From: a virus
Taxonomy: Duplodnaviria; Caudoviricetes
Virus record (IMG/VR): IMGVR_UViG_3300037010_001838
Reading direction: 5' to 3' (one strand)
DNA length: 64,000 nucleotides
The notes under the pieces are model-generated. The model did not search any database. It saw only the letters and a program-made list of their open reading frames with translations, and was not told where the DNA came from. Of this stretch, positions 34,313 through 44,224 are shown in pieces. How positions within the stretch are numbered: position 1 is the stretch's first letter; each line of letters opens with the position of its first letter. Made by a program: the position numbers and the translations under genes.

Positions 34313-35953
34313 TTATATTCCAAAAACCAGGAACTCAACTTTTACTCCCACAGGAACGGTATAAGTAAACGTTACTGAAGTCGTTGATGTTTCTATATAT
34401 GAATCTGTTATGTATGCTTTAATTCCATTAACAAAGACCCACAAATTGTTTGAACCAACAACATATGATATGTTAGGTGATGATGTAGTAAAATCAAATA
34501 CCGTTTGTCCAGTTGAAGTTATAAGAGTTCGTTGAATCGTCGTTTTGTTGTCGGTATATTGCTTTGTAGCAGGCTGTAGTGCACTTACGGGATTCCCAAC
34601 TAAATCAAAAAATCCTGTCATTTGGATTCCACCAGATAACGGCAAATATTGAGATAAAGCAGTTGTTAAAGAAGTATCAACATATTGTTTCGTAGCTGCT
34701 TCAAGAGGTAAAACTGGATCTTGACCAAGAGTAACTGTACCTGAGAATGTAGGTGATATTGTGCTTGCTGCATATCGATCAAAGCTCGACAAAGCATCCA
34801 AAACCGTTATGTTTGGATAATTCGGCGAAACACTGTAAGAATAGTTTAAAATTCCCGTATTTGATAAAATAACATATGAAACATCGGATGCAGTGTGTGT
34901 ATGAGTAAAGGCAGCAATATTATTTATTAAAACATTTCCACCAACACTACGTGATAGAGTAAGAACACCCGTTAGTGGATTCATTGAACCTCCTGTAACA
35001 ACACCATCTGCCCCTCCTCCCCCTCCTCCAGCAACAGCGTCTACATATTGCTTTGTAGCAGGCTGTAGTGCACTTACGGGATTCCCAACTAAATCAAAAA
35101 ATCCTGTCATTTGGATTCCACCAGATAACGGCAAATATTGAGATAAAGCAGTTGTTAAAGAAGTATCAACATATTGTTTAGGCGCCGCACCCAAATTGTC
35201 AACAGGATTACCCGACAAGACTAATAATCCCGTCATTGTGTCTCCTGTTTTTGCAACTTTTTGATTTAACTGAAATTGAATGTTGCTTGTTGACCCCGAT
35301 AAGTAATTTACTTCTGCTGATGTTGCAGTAATCGAATCGATCCACACGTTCTCGGTTGGTGTTAAATGTAACGCAAGATCGCTCTCGTGAGATATCAAAC
35401 TATTATCAACATATTGTTTCGTAGCTGCCTGTAAGTTTGTTGTTGGATCACCACTTAACGTTAAAAGACCTGTCATTGAATTTGTTCCATCCAACAAAAC
35501 ATATAAAGAGGCGAGATTGTCCACATATTTTTTATTAACTGCTTGGTCATCAGTAACAGGAGAACCTGATAAATGTAAGGGCCCTGTCATAATTCCACCC
35601 GACAAACTCAATATTCCATCCCAAACATTCGTATTTTTATAAAGAGAAAGTTCTTTTGTTTGATAATTATACCACAATTGTCCAATTGTGGGATACACAG
35701 GAGGTACTCCATTACTTGCAAAATTCTCAAGAAGATGAACTAAATTATTTTGAATGATTTCACCGTAGTTAGGAACACCTTTACCGACTAACAATAGTGT
35801 CGTAGATGCCTTTGCAGAATTAAACGGAGGTGTTCCTGAATTTGGCGTTGAGTTAAGTGGAGAGGTAGGACCTTCCGTTTTATATTCTGGTATGGCGAAG
35901 GCTGATTTTTCCGGAGCAATAGACGAATCCGTGAAATTAATTAAATGTGCCAT
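34313..35953 (-). CDS. tail fibre protein
   Basis: YGEIIQNNLVHLLENFAS...PTIGQLWY; repeated GGxMTG.L.L.GDP....AATKQYVD units. Confidence 0.75.
   Translation of the reverse strand: MAHLINFTDSSIAPEKSAFAIPEYKTEGPTSPLNSTPNSGTPPFNSAKASTTLLLVGKGVPNYGEIIQNNLVHLLENFASNGVPPVYPTIGQLWYNYQTKELSLYKNTNVWDGILSLSGGIMTGPLHLSGSPVTDDQAVNKKYVDNLASLYVLLDGTNSMTGLLTLSGDPTTNLQAATKQYVDNSLISHESDLALHLTPTENVWIDSITATSAEVNYLSGSTSNIQFQLNQKVAKTGDTMTGLLVLSGNPVDNLGAAPKQYVDTSLTTALSQYLPLSGGIQMTGFFDLVGNPVSALQPATKQYVDAVAGGGGGGADGVVTGGSMNPLTGVLTLSRSVGGNVLINNIAAFTHTHTASDVSYVILSNTGILNYSYSVSPNYPNITVLDALSSFDRYAASTISPTFSGTVTLGQDPVLPLEAATKQYVDTSLTTALSQYLPLSGGIQMTGFFDLVGNPVSALQPATKQYTDNKTTIQRTLITSTGQTVFDFTTSSPNISYVVGSNNLWVFVNGIKAYITDSYIETSTTSVTFTYTVPVGVKVEFLVFGI
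34556..35179. repeat. exact 135-bp direct repeat (34556-34690 and 35045-35179)
   Basis: Identical copies, in-frame offset of 489 bp. Confidence 0.92.
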
Positions 35954-36005
35954 AAAATCGTTCCTTTTTTGTATTAATTTAAAGTATTTATGGGAACTAT
36001 TTTAA

Positions 36006-36407
36006 TTAGTGAGCGTTTATGTTAAATATTCCAGAACCGATATGATCTGAATTATAAGCTCCCCATAAGTATACCTGAAGAACAACAACACTCGTGTCCA
36101 ATACAGGAACATCTTGGTTGAATGGCCAAGTACCGGCACTACAGCCCCCGCTGTTATATACTAAAGAAGCACCTTGAGATACACCATCAACTAATATCTG
36201 CCAATAAACAACCTTTTCGCATGTAGCTGAAGTAAAAGTTCCATTTACATTCACGCGCCCCGATAAACCAGTCGAATTCGTCCAAGAAGCAACGGTTCTA
36301 TAAAACCCCTCACCTGTTCCCCCAGCGTTATTGGGGATTGTATATGTATAAATCAATGGTCCTCCAGCAATTAACGTGGAATGACGACGAAGTAATAATT
36401 TTTTCAT
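36006..36407 (-). CDS. putative fibre tip/receptor-binding subunit (Z1)
   Basis: ATGA-coupled to Y1; MKKLLLRR N-terminus; beta-rich. Confidence 0.5.
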   Translation of the reverse strand: MKKLLLRRHSTLIAGGPLIYTYTIPNNAGGTGEGFYRTVASWTNSTGLSGRVNVNGTFTSATCEKVVYWQILVDGVSQGASLVYNSGGCSAGTWPFNQDVPVLDTSVVVLQVYLWGAYNSDHIGSGIFNINAH

Positions 36408-36892
36408 AATATTGTAGGTAAATTTACACAAACGGTTTCAAGGTCAGATATAGTTACTGAAGAAGCGATTTGCTGTTTAAGTGAAGCATACTCAGAACGA
36501 ATAGCACCTCGATTTGCAGTTATCTCTGGTGGGATCGCGGTTCCAACTTCAGTAAATCTAGTTACATACCAATCTGTTGGTGATAGTAAATTAAACATCA
36601 TTTTATCTACACTATTCGTTAATTCTGTTTTTAATGTGGTAACATCCAAATCAGTACACACCCACACCGAAGAAGGAACTCCATTTACTATGTCAAAACT
36701 CTCTGAACAAGAATGGTATGTTGGATTAGGACGAACTGATTCTGTAAGTTCAACTAAACCAATTTCTGTTTTTTCCGAATGTGTAGATAAATCTAACCAA
36801 TTAGGTGGATAGCTAAAACCATTTAACGTGAATGCCTGACCAGTCTCAAATACCTGGGTAATTTTGTTGTTTTCAATAAAAGCATATCTCAT
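36404..36892 (-). CDS. tail-fibre assembly/chaperone-like protein (Y1)
   Basis: Paralogue of 33426-33899. Confidence 0.6.
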   Translation of the reverse strand: MRYAFIENNKITQVFETGQAFTLNGFSYPPNWLDLSTHSEKTEIGLVELTESVRPNPTYHSCSESFDIVNGVPSSVWVCTDLDVTTLKTELTNSVDKMMFNLLSPTDWYVTRFTEVGTAIPPEITANRGAIRSEYASLKQQIASSVTISDLETVCVNLPTIL

Positions 36893-36893
36893 A

Positions 36894-38420
36894 TTAACTA
36901 ACCTTTTTAAGTAATGAAGCTACAATTGTGTTAGTGTTGTAGACTTCATACACTAACACATCAATTGATCCAGCCGCTGTTGAAAGTGTTGGAACTGTTC
37001 CGTTTTCAAACTTCCATGTGCTTGTTGAAAAAGAAGCCATTCTACTTCCAGTTCCATCTTGAATAATATAAATGACCCCAGATTGTCCTGTTATTAGGTT
37101 TGTTGGACTGAGAATAGATACTTGTCCTGTTAAAGTTATAGAAAAGTTTCTTGAAGTTGCAAAGTCGAAAGAAATCGAAGAAGAATAAGGAACTACTAAC
37201 AAATCGTAAGGCACCCGAGATGTAATCTCTGTTGTTATTAAATTTGTAACTGATTGTAAAGCTACAGGGGTTATAGCTTTTTGTGTGTTTGTTCCGGCTA
37301 TGGCTTCACTTCCTGTCGCTAATACAACTCCACCTATCGTAGAAGTCGTTGCTTGGGGTAAAGAATAAAGTCGACTATCGACATATTGTTTTGTTGCAGC
37401 TTCCAATGGTGAAGAAGGATCTTGGCCGAGTGTCAATATAGAACCAACTGAAAAGGAAACGCTGCCATTATTACTAACAGCCAAACTACCACCAATCAAA
37501 TTAATATTCGTTGCATTGTTTAAACTAATTCCACCAGAAGAAAACACCAAAGTCCCCGTCATAGTATCACCTGTTTTGGTAACCTTTTGATCTATTTGAG
37601 ATTGAAGTCCCAGATTGCTAGATGAAAGTGAAGATGATAATGTTGATATTTGTGTATCAACATAATTCTTGTTAGCAGCATCATCGGTATTTGTTGGATC
37701 TGGAAGGTTGATAACTTTGTGTGTGTTTAACATATCAATATCACCAGTTGCATTTCCTGAAAAAATCTTAGACCAGGCAGCTCCTGTATATACATACAAC
37801 GAACCTTCAATCACGTTGAACCAAAGTTGGCCTGGAACTGGAGATGTTGGAGAGGGTGCAGAAACGATCGTTCCACCACCAGCAGAAGAAGGAACTGTTG
37901 AGGTTACAACAATCGCTGTTTGATCTGTCACCGAGCTATATGTTACCGACCCCATAGCAGATGAAATAGTGTACGTTCCAGCATTTGCTCCGCCTTGAAC
38001 TATAAACTGGCCTCCAGCTGTTAAATACGGTGTTGCGTCACCGCTTACGTAGAATGTAGACGTTCCAGTGTTTGCACCAACAATAAGGAATGTTTTAGGA
38101 GGAGGAACACCACCGGCGACAACACTCCAACTATGACTCATGTCAAAAACTTTTAATAAATTTACACTTGTGTCAAACCAAAGTTGTCCGATAGTGGGAT
38201 TTGGTGGCCAATCTGGACTTGCAAAATTTTCCAAAAGCCACAAAAAATTCTCATTTGCTCGTTGCCCATATTGAAGGAAGCCTTCGCCAAACAAATTAAG
38301 AGATGTATGAGTATTTGTGCCTGCTGGTCCATCAAAGCCACCAGGGTTTATTTGAAACGGTGCTTTTGTTGGGTCTACAGATGAATTAGTAAAATCGATT
38401 GTGTAAATAGTTCCAGCCAT
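36894..38420 (-). CDS. tail fibre protein with C-terminal adaptor domain X
   Basis: NENFLWLLENFAS...PTIGQLWF; AATKQYVD; ATTSTIGGVVLAT. Confidence 0.75.
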   Translation of the reverse strand: MAGTIYTIDFTNSSVDPTKAPFQINPGGFDGPAGTNTHTSLNLFGEGFLQYGQRANENFLWLLENFASPDWPPNPTIGQLWFDTSVNLLKVFDMSHSWSVVAGGVPPPKTFLIVGANTGTSTFYVSGDATPYLTAGGQFIVQGGANAGTYTISSAMGSVTYSSVTDQTAIVVTSTVPSSAGGGTIVSAPSPTSPVPGQLWFNVIEGSLYVYTGAAWSKIFSGNATGDIDMLNTHKVINLPDPTNTDDAANKNYVDTQISTLSSSLSSSNLGLQSQIDQKVTKTGDTMTGTLVFSSGGISLNNATNINLIGGSLAVSNNGSVSFSVGSILTLGQDPSSPLEAATKQYVDSRLYSLPQATTSTIGGVVLATGSEAIAGTNTQKAITPVALQSVTNLITTEITSRVPYDLLVVPYSSSISFDFATSRNFSITLTGQVSILSPTNLITGQSGVIYIIQDGTGSRMASFSTSTWKFENGTVPTLSTAAGSIDVLVYEVYNTNTIVASLLKKVS

Positions 38421-38461
38421 TTGAATTCCTCACATTAATTGCTGCATAACATATTTACTAT

Positions 38462-39139
38462 TTATAAGTCTAACTCCTTAACTAATTTATCCATATAAGC
38501 TTTTTCGGGTTGTCTGTTTTGAAACTTTTGTTTCCAATAATCCACACGAATTAGGCTTTCGATAATTTGTTGTTCTTCTTTAGACATCAATTCAACCTTA
38601 ACCATAAACTTCCTACTTCTCAATAAAACCCAAGGAGATAATTTCCGTTCTCTGATTAATTGGATAATATCCGAACCAGTTAATACGTCAAATATTTGAT
38701 ATATTTCACATTCTGCAGCATCCGCAACTTTTTCCATAGTTCGGATAGTAATACCAGCTTGTTTTTTGGGAGATAATTTCCGGTCAAGAAATTCAAGAAA
38801 CTGTCCATACATCTCGTTCATAGTCCACATGGAAGGTGATACACCGTTTTCATTCATTAATTTAATGTATAATTCGGGTTCAGGTAAACGAACACGTTTT
38901 ACGAACTCTGCAAATCTCACGAATGGTTTGTAATACCTTGAATTTATAAAAGACTCAATAGATGGGGCAGTTTTCTTTTTTGTTGTAAACCATATTTGAT
39001 AAAGCATGTATGCACTTTGCCCGATTGTACTTTTAATATCTTCATGACGTTGCATCTTCTCACACTTGTGTTTCAGATACCTTGTCTCATGAACGAATGA
39101 AGCTCCACAAAACGAACATTCAAAGGGTTTTTCTTTCAT
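38462..39139 (-). CDS. hypothetical protein with N-terminal Zn finger
   Basis: FECSFCG...YLKHKC. Confidence 0.7.
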   Translation of the reverse strand: MKEKPFECSFCGASFVHETRYLKHKCEKMQRHEDIKSTIGQSAYMLYQIWFTTKKKTAPSIESFINSRYYKPFVRFAEFVKRVRLPEPELYIKLMNENGVSPSMWTMNEMYGQFLEFLDRKLSPKKQAGITIRTMEKVADAAECEIYQIFDVLTGSDIIQLIRERKLSPWVLLRSRKFMVKVELMSKEEQQIIESLIRVDYWKQKFQNRQPEKAYMDKLVKELDL

Positions 39140-39603
39140 CGCGTCTTTAGTTCTGCTTTTAGTTTAACTAATTCTTCTTTTTGTAATCCTTGAGTTTCGG
39201 CCATATCGAGGATATCTTCCGTTGAAAACAATGGAAATGCCTCTTTAGCCTGTGTAGAACTGTAGCCATATTGTTTACTTATAAGACTCAAGCTCTGTTT
39301 ATATTTGTGTTGTTTATCTTGCATCTTTAACCAACTGTAATGTTGTGGTTTGGTTGCACAGATGGTCATTAATTTATACAACAACTCTTTATGATTAGAT
39401 AATGAAAACACGAAAGGATTAACCAATTCATTCAACAGAATAATCTGGAACGAAGACTTCGTTCCAGACATCCACCTCATTGTTACTAATGGTTGAAATC
39501 CTTTTCGTTCTTCATCAGTTAAATCATTATAAAAGAATACTCGTTTAAGATTTATCTGTTGTAACGTAGTAAAGATATCAAGTTTATACTTTTTTGGTTC
39601 CAT
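39136..39603 (-). CDS. clamp loader small subunit (gp62-like)
   Basis: RWMSG, LNELVN, HKELLYKL, YGYSSTQAKE; near gp44-like gene. Confidence 0.7.
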   Translation of the reverse strand: MEPKKYKLDIFTTLQQINLKRVFFYNDLTDEERKGFQPLVTMRWMSGTKSSFQIILLNELVNPFVFSLSNHKELLYKLMTICATKPQHYSWLKMQDKQHKYKQSLSLISKQYGYSSTQAKEAFPLFSTEDILDMAETQGLQKEELVKLKAELKTR

Positions 39604-39973
39604 TTGGAATATCCAATGCTGTTTCGGTTATTCGTTCGGTTGTTTCTGTCGGTTTTAACAATTTCTCACAAAATTTACAACGAATAGTTTGGTCATCATT
39701 ATACAGCAACATATCAAACGGATGAATACACTCTTCAACCATTAACGTTCGAAGTTCAGCAATTTCATCATATATGGGTTCCATTTTTGCCCGTATCTCC
39801 ATAATCTTGTCTTCCAGTGGACTCAATTGTTTAATTAACTTATCCATGTTGGTCCGTTTGCGCTCCCAAGCGGTTTTCTCGCTACGAGTCGCGTGATTGG
39901 AAACAGATTCAAAAATATGTCGAATCTTAACTTGTTCTTCTGTCTCATTTTCGGGTTTTTTCATTCTTGACAT
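39584..39973 (-). CDS. hypothetical protein
   Basis: Coiled coil + CIH...CKFC. Confidence 0.65.
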   Translation of the reverse strand: MSRMKKPENETEEQVKIRHIFESVSNHATRSEKTAWERKRTNMDKLIKQLSPLEDKIMEIRAKMEPIYDEIAELRTLMVEECIHPFDMLLYNDDQTIRCKFCEKLLKPTETTERITETALDIPNGTKKV

Positions 39974-39984
39974 TATATTTCCTA

Positions 39985-40620
39985 TTAAAAAGTTTTCATT
40001 ATTGAAGAAATAATTTCAGGATCAGAACGTAGTTTTTCGTAATCTGGACAAAATTTTTCTTTTATAAAAGAAACTACAGACTCACCATGTGGGATGTTTA
40101 GCATAGTTCGCAATTCATCCAATTCTTGTGCTGCTTCACTTTTAATATGAATAGTGTTATCATCTTTAGTTTGACCCTTTGGAAGAGTTTCTACTTGTGA
40201 ACCCCAACTATTAGAATGAGAAGTAATGAAAAAGTCTTTTGATGTTGGTGGTGGAACATACGATATTTCAAAAGGATTAAAGTTATCAATATACTTAACA
40301 TCTTGTTTAACATCTTGTTGAAAATCTTCATACGAAAAACTACCTGTTGCACTTGTTCCACTGGTCACCATCGGATGAGATGATGTAGTATTTTGTTTTG
40401 TTATCGGTCTAGCAGCAGTTTTAGGTCTTGATGCGGTACAATCTCTAAAAGATTGTTTGCTTATTTGTTCACACATTTCTCGTTTTTTGTCAACTGTAAT
40501 ATCAGACCACTCATTATAAAAACCGTTAAATTCACGATTTTCAATATTGGCAGTTATCTCGTCAAGACTAGACGTAGACATTAGACTTTTAAGATCTTTT
40601 ATTGTTAATGTTTTATTCAT
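39985..40620 (-). CDS. hypothetical protein
   Basis: 211-aa ORF with SD. Confidence 0.6.
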   Translation of the reverse strand: MNKTLTIKDLKSLMSTSSLDEITANIENREFNGFYNEWSDITVDKKREMCEQISKQSFRDCTASRPKTAARPITKQNTTSSHPMVTSGTSATGSFSYEDFQQDVKQDVKYIDNFNPFEISYVPPPTSKDFFITSHSNSWGSQVETLPKGQTKDDNTIHIKSEAAQELDELRTMLNIPHGESVVSFIKEKFCPDYEKLRSDPEIISSIMKTF

Positions 40621-40631
40621 TTTTACTCTCC

Positions 40632-41564
40632 TTATAATTGTCCAAGTTTTATAAACATTGCAGCTGCATTTATTTCCGGGTCTGCAGACAATGTGTGTTT
40701 GTATAAATGGTCAGCTACAATAATAATCCCTTCTTCCCACCTTTGTGTGTTTTCAAATTTTGGCGCTCTATAAAGATTCTCGTATAAAAATCTATATAAG
40801 TCTTCCCATTCTTCTCCTGAAACATTTCCACATATAATTTCTCTCATTTTGACCCATTTATCTAATTGTATCAAATCCAACAACTCATATTTGTAATCAC
40901 CATCTTCTCCCTGGGGACTGGGGATTGTTAAAACACCACCATGAGTGTGTTGCTGCATTGTGTTAACAATTTTTCGAATGTCTGGATATCCAATTGAAAT
41001 GAATTTGTCAAGGGTTTGTAGGTCGAATTTTACTTTTTCGCGTATTAAAATTGTTGCTACATATTCAGAAATGTCATCCCTATCTCCGGCTTTAAATCTA
41101 AAATGTTGACACCTGGAACGAATAGCTGGAATAATTTTGTTTTCATAATTGCATGTTAAAATAAATCTAGCTTCATTTGAATATTCTTCCATTAAAACAC
41201 GAAGAACAGCTTGTCCGTTTGGAGTAATATAGTCCGCTTCTTCAAGAAGAATAACTTTAAAATCCCCCAAAGCGTAAGTTGTAATAAATCCTTTAATCTT
41301 GTCTCGAATAACATCTACACTGTTTTCATCAGATGCATTAATAATAAGAATATCTGTTTCTTCTACATCACATTCGTTTATTAAAATTCGGGCAATAGTA
41401 GTTTTACCTGTTCCTTGAACTCCAGACAAAAGCAGATGTGGGATTGATTTTTGTTCCACCATCTTTGAAAAGGCTTGTTGTTGTTTTTCGTCATGAAAAA
41501 CATATTCTTTAAGAACTTGAGGTCTGTATTTTTCAACCCACAATTTTTCCAGTGCCATAAACAT
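40632..41564 (-). CDS. clamp loader large subunit (gp44/RFC-like AAA+)
   Basis: WVEKYRP, GVQGTGKTT, INASDE, LEEAD, FILTCNY, AIRSRC. Confidence 0.93.
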   Translation of the reverse strand: MFMALEKLWVEKYRPQVLKEYVFHDEKQQQAFSKMVEQKSIPHLLLSGVQGTGKTTIARILINECDVEETDILIINASDENSVDVIRDKIKGFITTYALGDFKVILLEEADYITPNGQAVLRVLMEEYSNEARFILTCNYENKIIPAIRSRCQHFRFKAGDRDDISEYVATILIREKVKFDLQTLDKFISIGYPDIRKIVNTMQQHTHGGVLTIPSPQGEDGDYKYELLDLIQLDKWVKMREIICGNVSGEEWEDLYRFLYENLYRAPKFENTQRWEEGIIIVADHLYKHTLSADPEINAAAMFIKLGQL

Positions 41565-41585
41565 TATTCCTGTAATTATTCTATA

Positions 41586-41614
41586 ATTATACTCATAGAA
41601 TTAAATAATGACAA
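41586..41614 (-). promoter_or_regulatory. sigma70-type promoter
   Basis: TTGTCA-17-TATAAT on - strand. Confidence 0.7.
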
Positions 41615-41618
41615 GAAA

Positions 41619-42506
41619 TTAAGAAAATGACCTTAAATCAGAAACTATTTGTTGTTTTTTGGCAAGAGAGTCAAGGTGATGATTGGTGGGTTGTTCTTGA
41701 TGGGATTTTTTAATTTCATCTTCAACCAACAACCTAATTTCATCAGAAGTTAACCCATTATAAGTTGGTGATGATTTAGTTGCAGTTTCAATAATCTGGT
41801 CTTCGATTTTTTCTTCAAGTTTTTCTTCTTTTCGAATTCTAATTGCCACGTTAACACCGATTGTTAATGCAACTGCAAGTGGATCAAACACAATAATAAT
41901 TAATAAAATTACATACTTAGTAGCATCATCAACGTCTTGACCAAACGCCTCAGCAATGTATATGATGGGACCAACGTGTGCTTGTGTTGTTAACAATTGT
42001 GTGTTTAATTTTTGTGTTTCGGTTGTAATTTCTGGTAACCGATTGTTAATTCTAGTTAATTCAGGGGCAAACGTTTTCATCAATTTCTGGCGACCTTTTA
42101 CATAATCTGCCGGAAGTGCTTCGATTTGTTTATCAATCTCTTGTTTACGAGTTGCTAGTTGAATTTGCTCTTCATTCAATAATTTAATTTGTGAATTGAC
42201 TTGTTTTAACGGAAGAGTATCAGCTTGATATCCCAACGATAACATCCCAAATATACCCATCGAAGTAACAGCCATTAACACTATAACAGCTGTTACAAGA
42301 TATACCCGAAATCCAATCTTTAGTTTATTCCAATACCTATATAAAAAAGAAGCAGTTACAAGTTTACCTGCTTCTAGTGATGCCCCCATAATCATAACTG
42401 GGATCATCATACCCTGGAATAACTGTGCTAATCCATATACACTGAAAAACGCTGCGGTCCCAGCTATAGATAACGTAGTAATAAACAAAATTGCGATAAA
42501 AAACAT
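41619..42506 (-). CDS. membrane protein with coiled coil
   Basis: N-terminal TM helices (AAFFSVYGL, LEAGKLV), coiled coil, IVFDPLAV. Confidence 0.75.
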   Translation of the reverse strand: MFFIAILFITTLSIAGTAAFFSVYGLAQLFQGMMIPVMIMGASLEAGKLVTASFLYRYWNKLKIGFRVYLVTAVIVLMAVTSMGIFGMLSLGYQADTLPLKQVNSQIKLLNEEQIQLATRKQEIDKQIEALPADYVKGRQKLMKTFAPELTRINNRLPEITTETQKLNTQLLTTQAHVGPIIYIAEAFGQDVDDATKYVILLIIIVFDPLAVALTIGVNVAIRIRKEEKLEEKIEDQIIETATKSSPTYNGLTSDEIRLLVEDEIKKSHQEQPTNHHLDSLAKKQQIVSDLRSFS

Positions 42507-42507
42507 A

Positions 42508-42771
42508 TTATTCCATATATTCAGTATTTAAAGTATCTATATTGTCTTTGATGTACTGAGTCAATCCAATAAAACCTTCTGTTTCACTCTTTTCAGTAAA
42601 CCCACGGGAGTCGACTCGAGCAGGAAACACTGATAAAAGTTGACCGTCCGAATCAAAATCATATACAATAGCCCAACCGAAAGTATGTAACAAACGATTT
42701 ATCCACCACAGTAGTTTGGTTTCTCTGAATTCTTCCCAAGTTCGTTGGTTAACCATATTTAAATTTTCCAT
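42508..42771 (-). CDS. hypothetical protein
   Basis: WEEFRETKLLWWINRLLHTFGWAI. Confidence 0.7.
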   Translation of the reverse strand: MENLNMVNQRTWEEFRETKLLWWINRLLHTFGWAIVYDFDSDGQLLSVFPARVDSRGFTEKSETEGFIGLTQYIKDNIDTLNTEYME

Positions 42772-42772
42772 G

Positions 42773-43060
42773 TTAATCTTCTCTTATAGCCATAATCTCT
42801 TTTTCTACTGTCTTCCAATATTTAACATCTTCATGTTTAAACCCGTCAGTCCAACGTAGTGGTTCAATCAAAACAGTCATCCCTGGTTGAATTTCTTCAA
42901 CTTTATCTCCAACTGAAATTACTTTCCCCCAACGAGGTGATTTAACATCCACATCAAACGACTTATAAATGAGTCCACCAGCTGTCTTATTGGTAAAACC
43001 TTTTTCATCTACATCATCTTCAAATATAAAAATAATTGAATCTCCAATTGGTCGTAACAT
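42773..43060 (-). CDS. groES: GroES-like co-chaperonin
   Basis: MLRPIGDSII, TAGGL, GKVISVG, EKEIMA. Confidence 0.85.
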   Translation of the reverse strand: MLRPIGDSIIFIFEDDVDEKGFTNKTAGGLIYKSFDVDVKSPRWGKVISVGDKVEEIQPGMTVLIEPLRWTDGFKHEDVKYWKTVEKEIMAIRED

Positions 43061-43070
43061 ATTTTCTCTC

Positions 43071-43292
43071 CTATTCAGTTGTTGGTTCGGTTTCTGTAAC
43101 ATCATCAGGTTGTTTATTAACAACCTTCGCAATGCGACGTTTGTTTCTCTTATCAATAAAATTCTCTTGTCTCTTTACTTCAACAACTGGTTCAACGACA
43201 GCTTTACTTTTCCCAGCAGCAATCTGCTGTTTAATTGTTAAAATATCAAAATCAACCATTTCTCCTTTTGCACTTCTAATACGCTTTGCCAT
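43071..43292 (-). CDS. hypothetical protein
   Basis: RSAKGEMVDFD; SD ggag. Confidence 0.7.
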   Translation of the reverse strand: MAKRIRSAKGEMVDFDILTIKQQIAAGKSKAVVEPVVEVKRQENFIDKRNKRRIAKVVNKQPDDVTETEPTTE

Positions 43293-43325
43293 AACTTATC
43301 TCCTCTGTTAACAGTTTATTTATAA

Positions 43326-43895
43326 TTAGTGATAATGGAAAAAATCTTCAATTGGAAGATTATATTCTACACTATCTATATCGTGAACACCAATTAAATA
43401 TAAAACATATGATGATACACTACTTCCTCGTCCAACTCCCCACACAATATTTTGTTGTTCAAATACATCGATTATAAAAACCATCAATTTCAAAACAGTC
43501 ATAAACGAGTGTTGTTTAAACAGTTCTAACTCTTCTATCGTTCGTTTAATACGAACACTTTGTTCACTTTTTGAAAAATGTTGAATCTCTTGTTCTAAAC
43601 ACTCTAAAACAAAGTCTTCTATATCGATTTGTTGATATGATTTACCGAAATTCCACTCAAAGTTTAACGAATTAATTCCTTCCTTAACTGATATTTGTCT
43701 AGTTGCAAGATTGTTATATTGACGAATATCTGGTGTAATCTCTGTTGTAAACAGAGAATTTATATCGATTCCTTTCATTAACATAGATACAAGCAATTCG
43801 GGAGACACGGAAATGTCTCCATCAAACCACAAATCTCTATCTTTTAATCTTGTTTTACAGGTAGCCTGTTTGATAACTGCCATCTGAAGTATCAA
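43326..43895 (-). CDS. DnaE (Pol III alpha)-like fragment, first half of the palm
   Basis: RTIEEL, WGVGRGSSVSSYVLYLIGVHDID..YNLPIEDF. Confidence 0.8.
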   Translation of the reverse strand: MILQMAVIKQATCKTRLKDRDLWFDGDISVSPELLVSMLMKGIDINSLFTTEITPDIRQYNNLATRQISVKEGINSLNFEWNFGKSYQQIDIEDFVLECLEQEIQHFSKSEQSVRIKRTIEELELFKQHSFMTVLKLMVFIIDVFEQQNIVWGVGRGSSVSSYVLYLIGVHDIDSVEYNLPIEDFFHYH

Positions 43896-44214
43896 TATCT
43901 GGAGTTTTGGGTGATGCTAAAATCGAAGGACCTGCAGGTGGTGGAATATACGTATCAAAAGCACTACTGAATCCCTGTGAGGGGGATGGCATAGGTATAG
44001 GCATGGGACTCATATATTGGGGGGTATTCACAACAGGTGAGTTGTTTTGTCTATATGGTGCTTGTTGCGCATCATCAAGTAAATTAATTTTCGATCTTAT
44101 TTTTTTCCACTGTACTGCATTAGGAATCCAATCATCCTCTTGCATATCCTCAACTCCCTGGAGCCAAGACTTAAAATCCTTTAATGAAATGGTATCTTCT
44201 TTTTGTTCCGACAT
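43855..44214 (-). CDS. hypothetical protein
   Basis: LKDFKSWLQGVEDMQ...W.P..QWKKIR. Confidence 0.65.
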   Translation of the reverse strand: MSEQKEDTISLKDFKSWLQGVEDMQEDDWIPNAVQWKKIRSKINLLDDAQQAPYRQNNSPVVNTPQYMSPMPIPMPSPSQGFSSAFDTYIPPPAGPSILASPKTPDIDTSDGSYQTGYL

Positions 44215-44224
44215 AATGTGTTCC

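Noticed and set aside
32791-38420. Diversity-generating retroelement or invertible shufflon acting on fibre tips
   Set aside because: No reverse transcriptase, invertase, adenine-specific TR/VR pair or inverted crossover sites in the window.
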